Part shown: positions 26,669 to 37,956 of the stretch, one piece after another
Position numbering within the stretch: position 1 is the first letter of the stretch
How the letters are laid out: every line of letters begins with the position of its first letter
From: Antedon mediterranea
Taxonomy: Eukaryota; Animalia; Echinodermata
Assembly: GCF_964355755.1 (NCBI RefSeq)
Contig: NC_092672.1
Location: 16,492,001 to 16,556,000 of the forward strand
Reading direction: 5' to 3'
DNA: 64,000 nucleotides
Notes under the pieces: generated by a model
What the model was told of the DNA's origin: nothing
Database searches by the model: none
The model's input: only the letters and a program-made list of their open reading frames with translations
Program-made: the position numbers and the translations under genes

Positions 26669-29289
26669 ACTTTCTTGGGTTAGAAAGATCCAAAAGTAAA
26701 AAGAAACACATAAAAAGTTTAATTACTAAAGATGGGAGCTTAGCAACGAGCCCAATTGATATTTTAAAGGAACAAATACAACATTTCGAAGGTTTATACG
26801 CAAAAAATGTCATAAACCCTGGAAAAATTAATAAATACCTTTGTAATTCTATTATAAACAAGCTTTCAGAAATAGAAAAAGAAAATTGTGAAGGTTACGT
26901 CACTATTGATGAGTGTAAAAAGGCCATTTCAATGATGGAAAAAAATAAAACACCTGGATCGGATGGTCTAAGTGTTGAATTTTATGTGTTCTTTTGGAAT
27001 AATATTAAACATTTAATTTGCGATGCGTTAAATGAAAGTTATAATTCTCAAGAATTATCCTTTTCGCAAAAACGAGGTGTAATCACCCTTTTGTTCAAGG
27101 ATGGAGAAAGAGAAAATTTGAATAATTGGCGTCCCATTACCCTCTTAAACACCGATTACAAAATTCTTGCACATGTATTAAGTAACAGACTTAAAATGGT
27201 TATTAAATCAATAGTAAGTTCAGACCAAAAAGGTTATATAAAAGGCCGTTTCGCTGGTGAAAACATTCGGTTAATAGAAGACCTGCTTTATTATACAGAG
27301 TGTAATGATATCGAAGGGGCAATAATTACCGTAGATTTTAAGAAGGCTTTTGACTCTATTAGTAGAGATTTTATGTTCAATGTTCTAGAAAAGTTTAACT
27401 TTGGAATGTTCTTTTGTAACTGGGTAAAAGTATTATACAATAACGTTGAATGTGTCACAGTTAACAATGGTTGGGTTTCAAACAATTTTAAAATGGAAAG
27501 AGGTATTAGACAAGGTTGTCCTCTATCTGCTCTGTTATTCATTTTAGTGGTTGAAGTAATGGCATCTAGAATAAGAAACAAAGATTACTATAAGGGTATT
27601 AAACTTCCAAATAATGAAAATAACATAGAAGCTAGAATAAGCCAATTAGCCGATGATACTGTTTTGTATGTTGGTAATGACAAAAGTATTAAGTCAGCAG
27701 TCAGTGTAATTGAACGTTTTTGTGAAGTATCTGGAATGACACTAAATAAAAAAAAAAACCAATGCTTTTTGGATTGGTAAATGGAAGAACAGAATAGATA
27801 GACCTTTAGAATTAAATTGGGTAAAACACCCGATCAAAATTTTAGGCATATATGTAGGGTATAATACAGAAGAATGTACCAGAAAAAACTGGGATGTTAA
27901 ATTAATAGAGCTAGAAAAGACTTTAAAACAATGGAATGCTAGAAATCTCTCAATTTTTGGTAGAATAATAATCCTGAAAAGTCTTGCACTATCTAAATTA
28001 ACATATGCTGCAAATATCACTGATGTTCCAAAATATGTATATACACAAGTTACAAATCTAATATATAATTTTATTTGGAACAATAAAAGGGAAAAGATAA
28101 AAAGAAAAACTCTAATTGGTGATGTTGAGATGGGAGGCATTAAAATGCCTGATTTTACTCTTCATGTTAATGCACTCATGTGTGGCTGGTTAAAAAGAAT
28201 TATGAATGATGATGGTGCTAAATGGAAAAATATTCCAATGTATTATATTAAAAAAATATGTGATGTTAATGTTTTACTTAATATGTCATGTTATAACATT
28301 ATTGATGTTAATTCTGATAAAATTCCACTGTTTTACAAAAATATGATAAAAGCCTACATAAATTATAACAGAATCTCTAAAAAAACACCTGAAACTTATA
28401 ACGATATAATGAATGAGCAACTGTGGGGAAAACACTACTTTAAACTAAAAAAAAAATCACTTTTCTACAAGCATTGGATTGACAGTGGCATTATCAGTAT
28501 TAAAGACATTGTTAATAAGAACACTTTTTTAACATCAAACGAAATACTGGTGAAACTAAAATGTAAAACAAACTGGTTAAATGAGTATTTGTGCGTTATT
28601 AAGGCAATACCAATTCAATGGAAACGTATTATTAAGGAGGTAGATATTTTCAATTGTGATGATAATGATGAATTAGTTGGTACCAAGTATGAGATTAATA
28701 CTACCAAACTAATATACTCATGGTTTGTGAAAGAATATTTCATTATTCCAATGTCACAACTAAAATGGGAAGAGTACTTCAATGATAACAACATTGATTG
28801 GAAACTTCTTGGTTACGGAAAGTATGTAAAATGAAAGATAAGAAACTAGCACAATTCAATTATAAGATGTTACATAGAATACTGCCTACCAACAAACGGC
28901 TGTATCAGTGGAAAGTTAAGGAAACCCAAACGTGTGACAAATGTGGAGAAATTGAAAATGAAAATCATTTGTTTTTTAGTTGTAGATTTATTCAGAAATA
29001 TTGGAGGAAAATGCTTAGTATCTTTGTAAGTCTAAATCACAATAATATATCATTTAAACAATTAATACTAGGAACGGGAGATAAGCTAATAGATTATATT
29101 TACACGTTTGCAGCATTTACTATTTATAGAATAAAAATGTTATCTGCACTAAATAAGCCAGTGGGTAAATCTTTATGGAATTCATTTAAAAGCAATATGT
29201 TATATAACATTGAATGTGAAACATATAACAATAAAGAAACAAGTATAGAAAAATGGGTAGCTTTAAGAAATAAGATTATGATAGTATAA
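26669..29289 (+). pseudogene. L1/Tx1-type ORF2 (RT plus CCHC zinc finger), endonuclease missing, two frameshifts
   Basis: KTPGSDGLSVEFY, NWRPITLLNTDYKI, DFKKAFDSI, RQGCPLS, QLADDT; then IKILGI, WNARNLSIFGR, GGIKMPD; then CDKCGEIENENHLFFSC. Frame changes at the A11 run (27748-27758) and near 28800. Confidence 0.9.
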
Positions 29290-29330
29290 TTTCTAATTTG
29301 ATTCGATTAACTGAAAAAGAATTACAGTGA

Positions 29331-30995
29331 CTAGATGGCACGCTCGCTTCGCTCGCGTACCATCTAGGGGTGCTCACAGATGGTTCTCGAATACAGTAGA
29401 ATAGAATAGAGACAACAAAACCAATACTGGATTCTATTAAGGACAATTAATTTATGTGGACTAAAGAAATTAGGGAGAAATGGAAATGTATGTACCGGGG
29501 AATTGGGCGGCACGTGGTGGTGGTGATGGAACCGCAGTAATAAAGTTGATTGTATTTATATATTATAAGAACCAAACTAAATAAATAGACCTAGACATTC
29601 TGCGAAATGGAAATCGGAAATTCAAGCTCCTATTCAGTGAAAAATTAAACTGTAGTCTACCTAAATATTTAGGGCAAATCATCGGTTGTGGTGGTTGAAA
29701 TTCCTGTAAACATTTGTGTGAACCAAACTGGGTCGAATTTCTGTCATGAGTACTGATTTGTTGGCCTGTGATTTATGACGCCTAAGGGATCTATCTAGAC
29801 TTATTTTTTCGAATAATGTACGTACCTGTCAGATACAATTGTCTTGTGTCGTATAATAAATAAGTACTGTAATAGTTACTGAAGTTACTATTACAATCTC
29901 GTCAATGAAAACACGAAAATGTATATGCACTTACTTATGAAAACGTATACAGTATTATACTCAGTTATTGAAACAGTAGGTTTAAACAAGTTTCGTTTGT
30001 CTGTAAAATGATGTAATCAAGCTGTTTACATGAGTCTTAATTTATAAGCACATCAATAATAAAATAGTTTATCTATCCTGTAATTGGCGAGATTATGGTC
30101 GCTGTTGAATGAAATAAAGCCAATCGGTATCATATTTGTACAGAAACGTTTTCGCGGCCGAAGGGTGTAACCTAAATTCGTTGTATTATCGTCAAGAACT
30201 AACTGTAACTAAACTTACATAGAAAGTAGGGTATCATAAATTTGGCCTTAGCACTCGGGGGAGTGGCTAAGATGAAGTCCGTGGAACTACTAAATATAAA
30301 TTGTAATGAACCTCGAGGGACATAAATAGGAATATTTCATGTTTCATTATCAATGTATAATAAATGGAAACTGTTTACCGATTCAAATAATATAAATTGG
30401 TTTTTAACATTTTCCGAACCTATTGCAAGTTTATTCTCAAAGGGCCCATATATTTACCTACCGTATGTGTTAAACCAAGGGCTCATAAATTTACCTACAG
30501 TACTTGTGTTAAACCAAACTCTGGCAGACTGAGAGATTGGGATGTTCCATTCATCGCAAATCAATACATTTGTATAATCGTATATTAAATCTATCAAAAT
30601 AGTATTTTTTAAAGAAAATCGTCTTCAACATTATGATGGTGTACTCTAGCTGTTCAACCGGTTTTCAGCTATTAAAAACAATTATCGTAGGAGGAGATAG
30701 AAAAATGCGAAGCCTCCTCGCATTTTTTTGGCGGGTATTTTTCAAGATGGAAATCCATTAGACAGTGTATACCACGATCGGAAAACACCCCTATTTGGGG
30801 CAAATCGTTGAACCTAAATTCGTTTTAATCGTCAATAACTAATTATCTAACTCAATTTAATTAGTAAACAGGGTTACATCAGGCGGTTAAAATCAGTACC
30901 GAAAGTACGAACCAACTTTACATACCATCGAGTGAAAATTCTAGAAGTAAGGCGCGATTTACCGAATTTTGCCCTTACGTAAATTTATATATAGA
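29331..30995 (-). mobile_element. Non-autonomous Helitron-like element (1665 bp)
   Basis: Minus strand begins TCTATATATAAA and ends with a GC-rich hairpin and CTAG. Inserted between A (30996) and T (29330) with no TSD. No long ORF. Confidence 0.8.
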
Positions 30996-31287
30996 TACGG
31001 GTTACTGGTGGTACTGAGCTATTATTGTGTTTTTTTTTATCATGTATATAAATATATTGTATAATCCGGGTTGTAAAATGAAAACAAACAAATGAAAATG
31101 TGTGAACTATTTTAAAACGGGATAGATGATAATGATGATCCTGTCAAGTGTATAACAAAATATAAGAAAATTAATGAAAAAAGGAGTAATACAGAATTCA
31201 TATATGTAAAAATGTTACTTATGAACTGTAACGACATTTACAAGTTAAATAATACGATTTTATGTAATATGAGATAATATGAATGTG

Positions 31288-31327
31288 AATAAAAGTGGTG
31301 TTTGCGCCACAAAAGAGAAAAAAAAAA
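31288..31327 (+). promoter_or_regulatory. 3' end of the nested LINE: AATAAA, stem-loop GTGGTG-TTTG-CGCCAC, poly-A
   Basis: Read directly: AATAAA 31288-31293, hairpin 31295-31310, A-rich tail from 31311. Confidence 0.75.
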
Positions 31328-32577
31328 GTTATTTCATTTTTAAGTTCATCGATTTTATTATGCTGTAATCTTAATTTAAATGTTTCAGTATATGTTTCTG
31401 ACCAATTGAATTTAGTTTGTTTAGGATTAGGACAATTTTCAATATTTAATTTTTTTATTTTTATATTATCTTTAGTTAGTAGGCCTAATTGAAACGTAAT
31501 TGGCATATGATCAGATTCTATTCTATTTTCTACTTTCAAATCTGTTATGTACCTGAAGTTATCAGCTTTTGTCAATATATAATCGACTACGCTTTTGCCT
31601 TGTTGTCCTATGAAAGTGTAGCTTTTACTATACATTGGGTTAATTCTGCCATTAGCAATTCTTAAATTTGTTTCTTTACAAAAATTGAGAAGATCTATGC
31701 CATAATTATTCGTGACGTCATCTTCATTAATTCTAATTTTTACATTATCTTCATCATCTTCAATATATAATTCATTATCCCAATCTATTGGGTATACATC
31801 GTTGTTGATATAATCCAATAAATCTCCTGTTCTACCATTGAAGTCTCCAACAATGAATATTTGATTTTTATTATTATATTTATATTTATATAAATATTCA
31901 GCGTATTCGTTTGTAAGTATTTCATATAAATTGTTATTATTAGCATATGGGGAGTTTTGTGGTGGTCTGTAAACTACAGCCATTATTATAGAATCGTTCT
32001 CCGTTTTGATTCGTAACCACATAATATACTTAGATAAGCTAGGTAATTCTTTAACTTTGATATTAGTTTTATAATATATCATAATTCCACCTGTATTTCT
32101 ACCACGGTGTTGTAACTTTTCTTGCATTTTACTTATACAATTATATCCCTTAATGTCATCACTATAAGTTGTCCAAGTTTCAATCAAACATATTACATCG
32201 AAATCACAAATAAATTTTATAAATTCACAATCACTAAAATTACTTTTTAAACCATTTATATTCCACACAATAGTCTTTAAAGAGGTGGACGTGTAAATAC
32301 TTTTACTTATATTTTTATTTGTAACATTGGTATATATATTGTTATTATTTACGTTTTTATTCCTATTATTAACGTCGGCGTTTATGTTATCGTTATCTAT
32401 ACCATTTGTTTGACCATTATTAGTTGTATTGTCAATATTTTCTTTTTCCTGATTTTCGTTATTATTCTCACCTTTATTATTATTATTATTGTCATTTACG
32501 TCATTATCAACAATTGTACCAATACTATTGTTACATTTGTTGTTTATTTGATATGTGTTTGGGCAATGGCCGGACCC
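31328..32577 (-). pseudogene. LINE ORF2 N-terminal part: Asn-rich linker plus apurinic-type endonuclease (APE)
   Basis: IVWNINGL, ICLIETW, VYRPP, VGDFNGRTG, SVVDY, ESDHMPI. Manual translation shows the frame open from 32577. It rejoins the RT part in frame once the nested element is removed. Confidence 0.9.
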
Positions 32578-33558
32578 CTATCTAGGTTTATATCTACTAT
32601 ACTTAACTACTTTATCATTATCTATATCATATGTAAAAGTTTCGTCATCAATAATGAGTTTATCGTATCTTATTTTGAACGGTTTTCCGCTTTTAATAGC
32701 TTCATCTATTTTTGGTTGTAAATTTTTTCTGATCTTACGAACTCTTGCTGTGTAATCTTCGCTGATAGTAATTTGTTTCCTTCTTTCACCCCGGTCTTCA
32801 TTTTTGTTCATTTTTCGACGTTGTGTTCTACTTGCTTTTAGAACATTTTCTTTAGTTTTGTAATCTTTGAATTTCACAATGATCGGTCTCGGTTTAAATC
32901 TTGCGTTGAGCCTATGTGCCCTCTCAATCTCAATATTCTCCCCACCAATACCGAGATCATTTGTAAAGTGTTCTTTTACTTTCTTCTCACTCTGGTCCCA
33001 ATTCTCATGTTCGCTATCTATTACTCCATATACTATCAGGTTGTTACGTCTGCTTTGACCTTCAATTTTGTCTATATGTTTGATTAATTGTAAGTTCATT
33101 GTTTTAAGTTGTTGATTTTCTTCTTCTATTATTGTCATTCTTTCGTTTAGTGAGTCCATGTTGCTATTTAGTGTATCAATTTTTTCTTTTACGCTTTTAA
33201 CATCTCCTGAAATGTCATCCATTTTCTTATTCAATTTCGTGTTCATTGTTTGTAGTTGTATTAATATATTTTGTATTGGAAGTTCATTTCCTCCCGTATT
33301 CAGCGCAACTTGTGTTGTTGCGTCTTCCGTTGTGGGTTTACCAGTAAGTTCATCCAATGTAGCTTGTCTAGTGTAAACTTGACCTGGATTGCTTTCGATA
33401 TCGCCGGCCAAAAAAAGTAACAAGCATAACGCAGATAGTCGTAGTGTAGTTCTAATGACTGCACCTAAAGAACCATGACATTTTATGCGCTTTTGTTTAT
33501 TTCGTTTTCTTCTCCAATATAGTCCTATTCTTAACCGGTAATTATCAATGTCAATCAT
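32578..33558 (-). CDS. LINE ORF1p: 2A-like N-terminus, coiled coil, L1-type RRM/CTD (Transposase_22-like)
   Basis: LLFLAGDIESNPGQ, heptad-rich region, SRRNNLIVYGV, IERAHRL, RPIIVKF, ISEDYT. Confidence 0.88.
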   Translation of the reverse strand: MIDIDNYRLRIGLYWRRKRNKQKRIKCHGSLGAVIRTTLRLSALCLLLFLAGDIESNPGQVYTRQATLDELTGKPTTEDATTQVALNTGGNELPIQNILIQLQTMNTKLNKKMDDISGDVKSVKEKIDTLNSNMDSLNERMTIIEEENQQLKTMNLQLIKHIDKIEGQSRRNNLIVYGVIDSEHENWDQSEKKVKEHFTNDLGIGGENIEIERAHRLNARFKPRPIIVKFKDYKTKENVLKASRTQRRKMNKNEDRGERRKQITISEDYTARVRKIRKNLQPKIDEAIKSGKPFKIRYDKLIIDDETFTYDIDNDKVVKYSRYKPR

Positions 33559-34200
33559 ATTGATGTAGGAGTTTAAGTGTGAATAGACGTGTAGTTATGT
33601 AAGCCAGTGCGTGCTATGTTGAGGTATTGTAGAACCGGAAGCAACTGGTTTCGGTAATGTGACGTGGCGTTTTTCGATCAAGTCCGGTTATGTGACTTGA
33701 AAATTCCGTTGAATTTTTATACTGAAGTTATAGATTAAGTTAATGTAACGAAAATTTATAAAGTGAAATTGATATAACTTGTGGTATTTACTATTGAGTT
33801 ATTATAATAAACCAAACAAAAGCAACTTATCTTGGATTGACAGGCCTATGTCGTGGGCCTGCCGCTTAACAGCTGCTCTGGAATGTCGCCATGAGTTATG
33901 TTAATCCAACAAGTAAAATATCAGTTACAATCGGTGTTTAAAAATCCCGCCGCTTAATTGCGGCTTACACAGGTAGTTTACAGTAGCCGTATATAACGTT
34001 AAATGTAGTTTTCGATGAGAAGGCTGTATAAAAAACGGTTGTCGTAGGCCTAGTATATTGATACTAGTGTACAGCGTCTACTGTACTACAGTAGACAAAC
34101 GCCTTTTCGCTGGGCTGGCGTGTCGAACAAACAATTTAAACATACTGGGCTAGAGAGCATCGGAGAAACACGTTTACACTCGACCGCACCTTAACAATTA

Positions 34201-37200
34201 ATCAGCGAGAGAGAGATAGATCAGAGAGAGAGAGAGAGAGAGAGAGATAGATCAGAGAGAGAGAGATAGATCAGCGAGAGAGAGATAGATCAGCGAGAGA
34301 GAGATAGATCAGTGAGAGAGAGATAGATCAGCGAGAGAGAGATAGGTCAGCGAGAGAGAGATAGATCAGCGAGAGAGAGATAGATCAGCAAGAGAGAGAT
34401 AGATCAGCGAGAGAAAGATAGATCAGCGAGAGAGATAGATCAGCGAGAGAGCGATAGATCAGCGAGAGAGAGAGATAGATCAGCGAGAGAGAGATAGATC
34501 AGCGAGAGAGAGATAGATCAGCGAGAGAGATAGATCAGCGAGAGAGATAGATCAGCGAGAGAGATAGATCAGCGAGAGAGAGAGATAGATCAGCGAGAGA
34601 GAGATAGATCAGCGAGAGAGAGATAGATCAGCGAGAGAGAGAGAGATAGATCAGCGAGAGAGATAGATCAGCGAGAGAGAAATAGATCAGCGAGAGAGAG
34701 ATAGATCAGCGAGAGAGAGAGAGATAGATCAGCGAGAGAGAGATAGTTCAGCGAGAGAGAGATAGATCAGCGAGAGAGAGGTAGATCAGCGAGAGAGAGA
34801 TAGATCAGCGAGAGAGAGAGATAGATCAGCGAGAGAGAAAGATAGATCAGCCAGAGAGAGATAGATCAGCCAGAGAGAGATAGATCAGCCAGAGAGAGAT
34901 AGATCAGCGAGAGAGAGATAGATCAGCCAGAGAGAGATAGATCAGCGAGAGAGAGATAGGTAAGCAAGAGAGAGATAGATCAGCGAGAGAGAGATAGATC
35001 AGTCAGAGAGTGATAGATCAGCGAGAGAGAGAGAGAGAGATAGATAGATCAGCGAGAGAGAGAGATAGATCAGCGAGAGAGAGATAGGTAGATCAGCGAG
35101 AGAGAGAGATAGATAGATCAGCGAGAGAGAGAGATAGATCAGTGAGAGAGAGAGATAGATAGATCAGCGAGAGAGATAGATAGATAGATCAGCGAGAGAG
35201 AGATAGATAGATCAGCGAGAGAGAGAGAGAGATAGATCAGCGAGAGAGAGAGAGATAGATCAGCGAGAGAGAGATAAATAGATCAGCGAGAGAGAGAGAG
35301 ATAGATCAGCGAGAGAGAGATAGTTCAGCGAGAGAGAGATAGATCAGCGAGAGAGAGGTAGATCAGCGAGAGAGAGATAGATCAGCGAGAGAGAGAGATA
35401 GATCAGCGAGAGAGAGAGATAGATCAGCCAGAGAGAGATAGATCAGCCAGAGAGAGATAGATCAGCCAGAGAGAGATAGATCAGCGAGAGAGAGATAGAT
35501 CAGCCAGAGAGAGATAGATCAGCGAGAGAGAGATAGGTAAGCAAGATAGAGATAGATCAGCGAGAGAGAGATAGATCAGTCAGAGAGTGATAGATCAGCG
35601 AGAGAGAGAGAGAGAGATAGATAGATCAGCGAGAGAGAGAGATAGATCAGCGAGAGAGAGATAGATAGATAGATCAGCGAGAGAGAGATAGGTAGATCAG
35701 CGAGAGAGAGAGATAGATAGATCAGCGAGAGAGAGAGATAGATCAGTGAGAGAGAGAGATAGATAGATCAGCGAGAGAGATAGATAGATAGATCAGCGAG
35801 AGAGAGATAGATAGATCAGCGAGAGAGAGAGAGAGAGATAGATCAGCGAGAGAGAGAGAGATAGATCAGCGAGAGAGAGATAAATAGATCAGCGAGAGAG
35901 AGAGAGAGAGAGAGATAGATAGATCAGCGAGAGAGAGATAGATCAGCGAGAGAGATAGATCAGCGAGACAGAGATAGATCAGCGAGAGAGAGATAGATAA
36001 GCGAGAGAGAGAGATAGATCAGCGAGAGAGAGATAGATCAGCGAGAGAGAGATAGATCAGCAAGAGAGAGATAGATCAGCGAGAGAGAGATAGATCAGCG
36101 AGAGAGAGATAGATCAGCGAGAGAGAGATTGATCAGCGAGAGAGAGATAGATCAACGAGAGAGAGATTGATCAGCGAGAGAGAGATAGATCAGCAAGAGA
36201 GAGATAGATCAGCGCGAGAGAGATAGATCAGCGAAAGAGAGATAGATCAGCGAGAGAGAGATAGATCAGCGAGAGAGAGATAGATCACCGAGAGGAGAGA
36301 TAGATCAGCGAGAGAGAGATAGATCAGCAAGAGAGATAGAGATAGATAGATCAGCGACAGAGAGATAGATAGATCAGGGAGAGATAGATAGATCAGCGAG
36401 AGAGAGATAGATAGATCAGCGAGAGAGGGATAGATAGATCAGCGAGAGAGATAGATAGATCAGCGAGAGAGAGAGAGAGAGAGATAGATAGATAGAGCAG
36501 CGAGAGAGAGATAGATAGATCAGTGTGAGAGAGAGATAGATAGATCAGCGAGAGAGAGATAGATAGATCAGAGAGAGAGAGATAGATAGATCAGCGAGAG
36601 AGAGATAGATAGATCAGCGAGAGAGAGATAGATAGATCAGCGAGAGGGAGAGAGATAGATCAGTGAGAGAGAGAGAGAGATAGATAGATCAGCGAGAGAG
36701 AGATAGATCAGCGAGAGAGATAGATCAGCGAGACAGAGATAGATCAGCGAGAGAGAGATAGATCAGCGAGAGAGAGAGATAGATCAGTGAGAGAGAGATA
36801 GATCAGCGAGAGAGAGATAGATCAGCAAGAGAGAGATAGATCAGCGAGAGAGAGATAGATCAGCGAGAGAGAGATAGATCAGCGAGAGAGAGATTGATCA
36901 GCGAGAGAGAGATAGATCAACGAGAGAGATTGATCAGCGAGAGAGAGATAGATCAGCAAGAGAGAGATAGATCAGCGCGAGAGAGATAGATCAGCGAAAG
37001 AGAGATAGATCAGCGAGAGAGAGATAGATCAGCGAGAGAGATAGATCACCGAGAGGAGAGATAGATCAGCGAGAGAGAGATAGATCAGCGAGAGAGATAG
37101 AGATAGATAGATCAGCGACAGAGAGATAGATAGATCAGGGAGAGATAGATAGATCAGCGAGAGAGAGATAGATAGATCAGCGAGAGAGAGATAGATAGAT

Positions 37201-37956
37201 CAGCGAGAGAGATAGATAGATCAGCGAGAGAGAGAGAGAGATAGATAGATAGAGCAGCGAGAGAGAGATATATAGATCAGTGTGAGAGAGAAATAGATAG
37301 ATCAGCGAGAGAGAGATAGATAGATCAGAGAGAGAGATATTTAGATCAGCGAGAGAGAGATAGATAGATCAGCGAGAGAGAGATAGATAGATCAGCGAGA
37401 GGGAGAGAGATAGATCAGCGAGACAGAGAGAGAGAGATAGATCAGCGAGAGAGAGATAGATAGATCAGCGAGAGAGAGATAGATAGATCAGCGAGAGAGA
37501 GAAAGAGATAGATCAGCCAGAGAGAGAGAGAGAGATAGATAGATCAGCGAGAGAGAGAGAGAGATAGATCAGCGAGAGAGAGATAGATAGATAGATCAGC
37601 GAGAGAGAGATAGGTAGATCAGCGAGAGAGAGAGATAGATAGATCAGCGAGAGAGAGAGATAGATAGATCAGTGAGAGAGAGATAGATAGATCAGTAAGA
37701 AAGAGATAGATAGATTAGCGAGAGAGAGATAGATAGATCAGCGAGAGAGAGAGATAGATCAGCAAGTGAGAGATAGATAGATCAGCGAGAGAGAGAAAGA
37801 GATAGATCAGCGAGAGAGAGAGAGAGATAGATCAGCGAGAGAGAGAGATTGATCAGCGAGAGAGAGAGATAGATCAGCGAGAGAGAGATAACGAGATCAG
37901 CGAGAGAGAGAGGGAGATAGATTAGCGAGAGAGAGATAGATAGATCAGCGAGAGAG
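34201..37956 (+). repeat. Satellite array (same ~19-bp unit)
   Basis: Tandem ATCAGC(GA)nGATAG between the LINE 5' end and the LTR. Confidence 0.98.

Larger units (their letters stand above)
26669..31326 (+). mobile_element. 5'-truncated L1/Tx1-clade LINE nested antisense in the host LINE ORF2
   Basis: Flanked by direct repeat AGTTATTTCATTTT (26655-26668 and 31327-31340). Ends in AATAAA (31288-31293) and an A-rich tail (31311-31327). Begins mid-ORF2 at (Y)FLGLE. Confidence 0.93.
24119..34200 (-). mobile_element. Apparently full-length APE-type non-LTR retrotransposon (RTEX or L2/CR1-group-like), interrupted by a nested insertion at 26669-31326
   Basis: Minus-strand order: ~640-bp 5' UTR, ORF1, APE, RT (YADD), C-terminal CxxC..EDEYH..C, short 3' UTR with AATAAA (24144-24149). 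Satellite on both sides with ATC at each junction (24116-24118, 34201-34203). Clade assigned by motif resemblance only. Confidence 0.9.

Noticed and set aside
30689-30728. Bacterial Shine-Dalgarno (AGGAGG) and rho-independent terminator look-alike
   Set aside because: Lies within a eukaryotic Helitron-like element with no associated ORF.
31219-31327. C-terminus (FFFLFCG...) of the 349-aa APE ORF
   Set aside because: Read-through into the antisense poly-A and 3' UTR of the nested element.
24119-31327. Two convergent or paired RT genes as a cooperative system
   Set aside because: TSD, poly-A and 5' truncation explain it fully as a nested insertion.
25736-33376. Short overlapping ORFs of 63-132 aa, including 30397..30588
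   Set aside because: Antisense or alternate-frame shadows of transposon ORFs, or chance ORFs, with no recognisable motifs.
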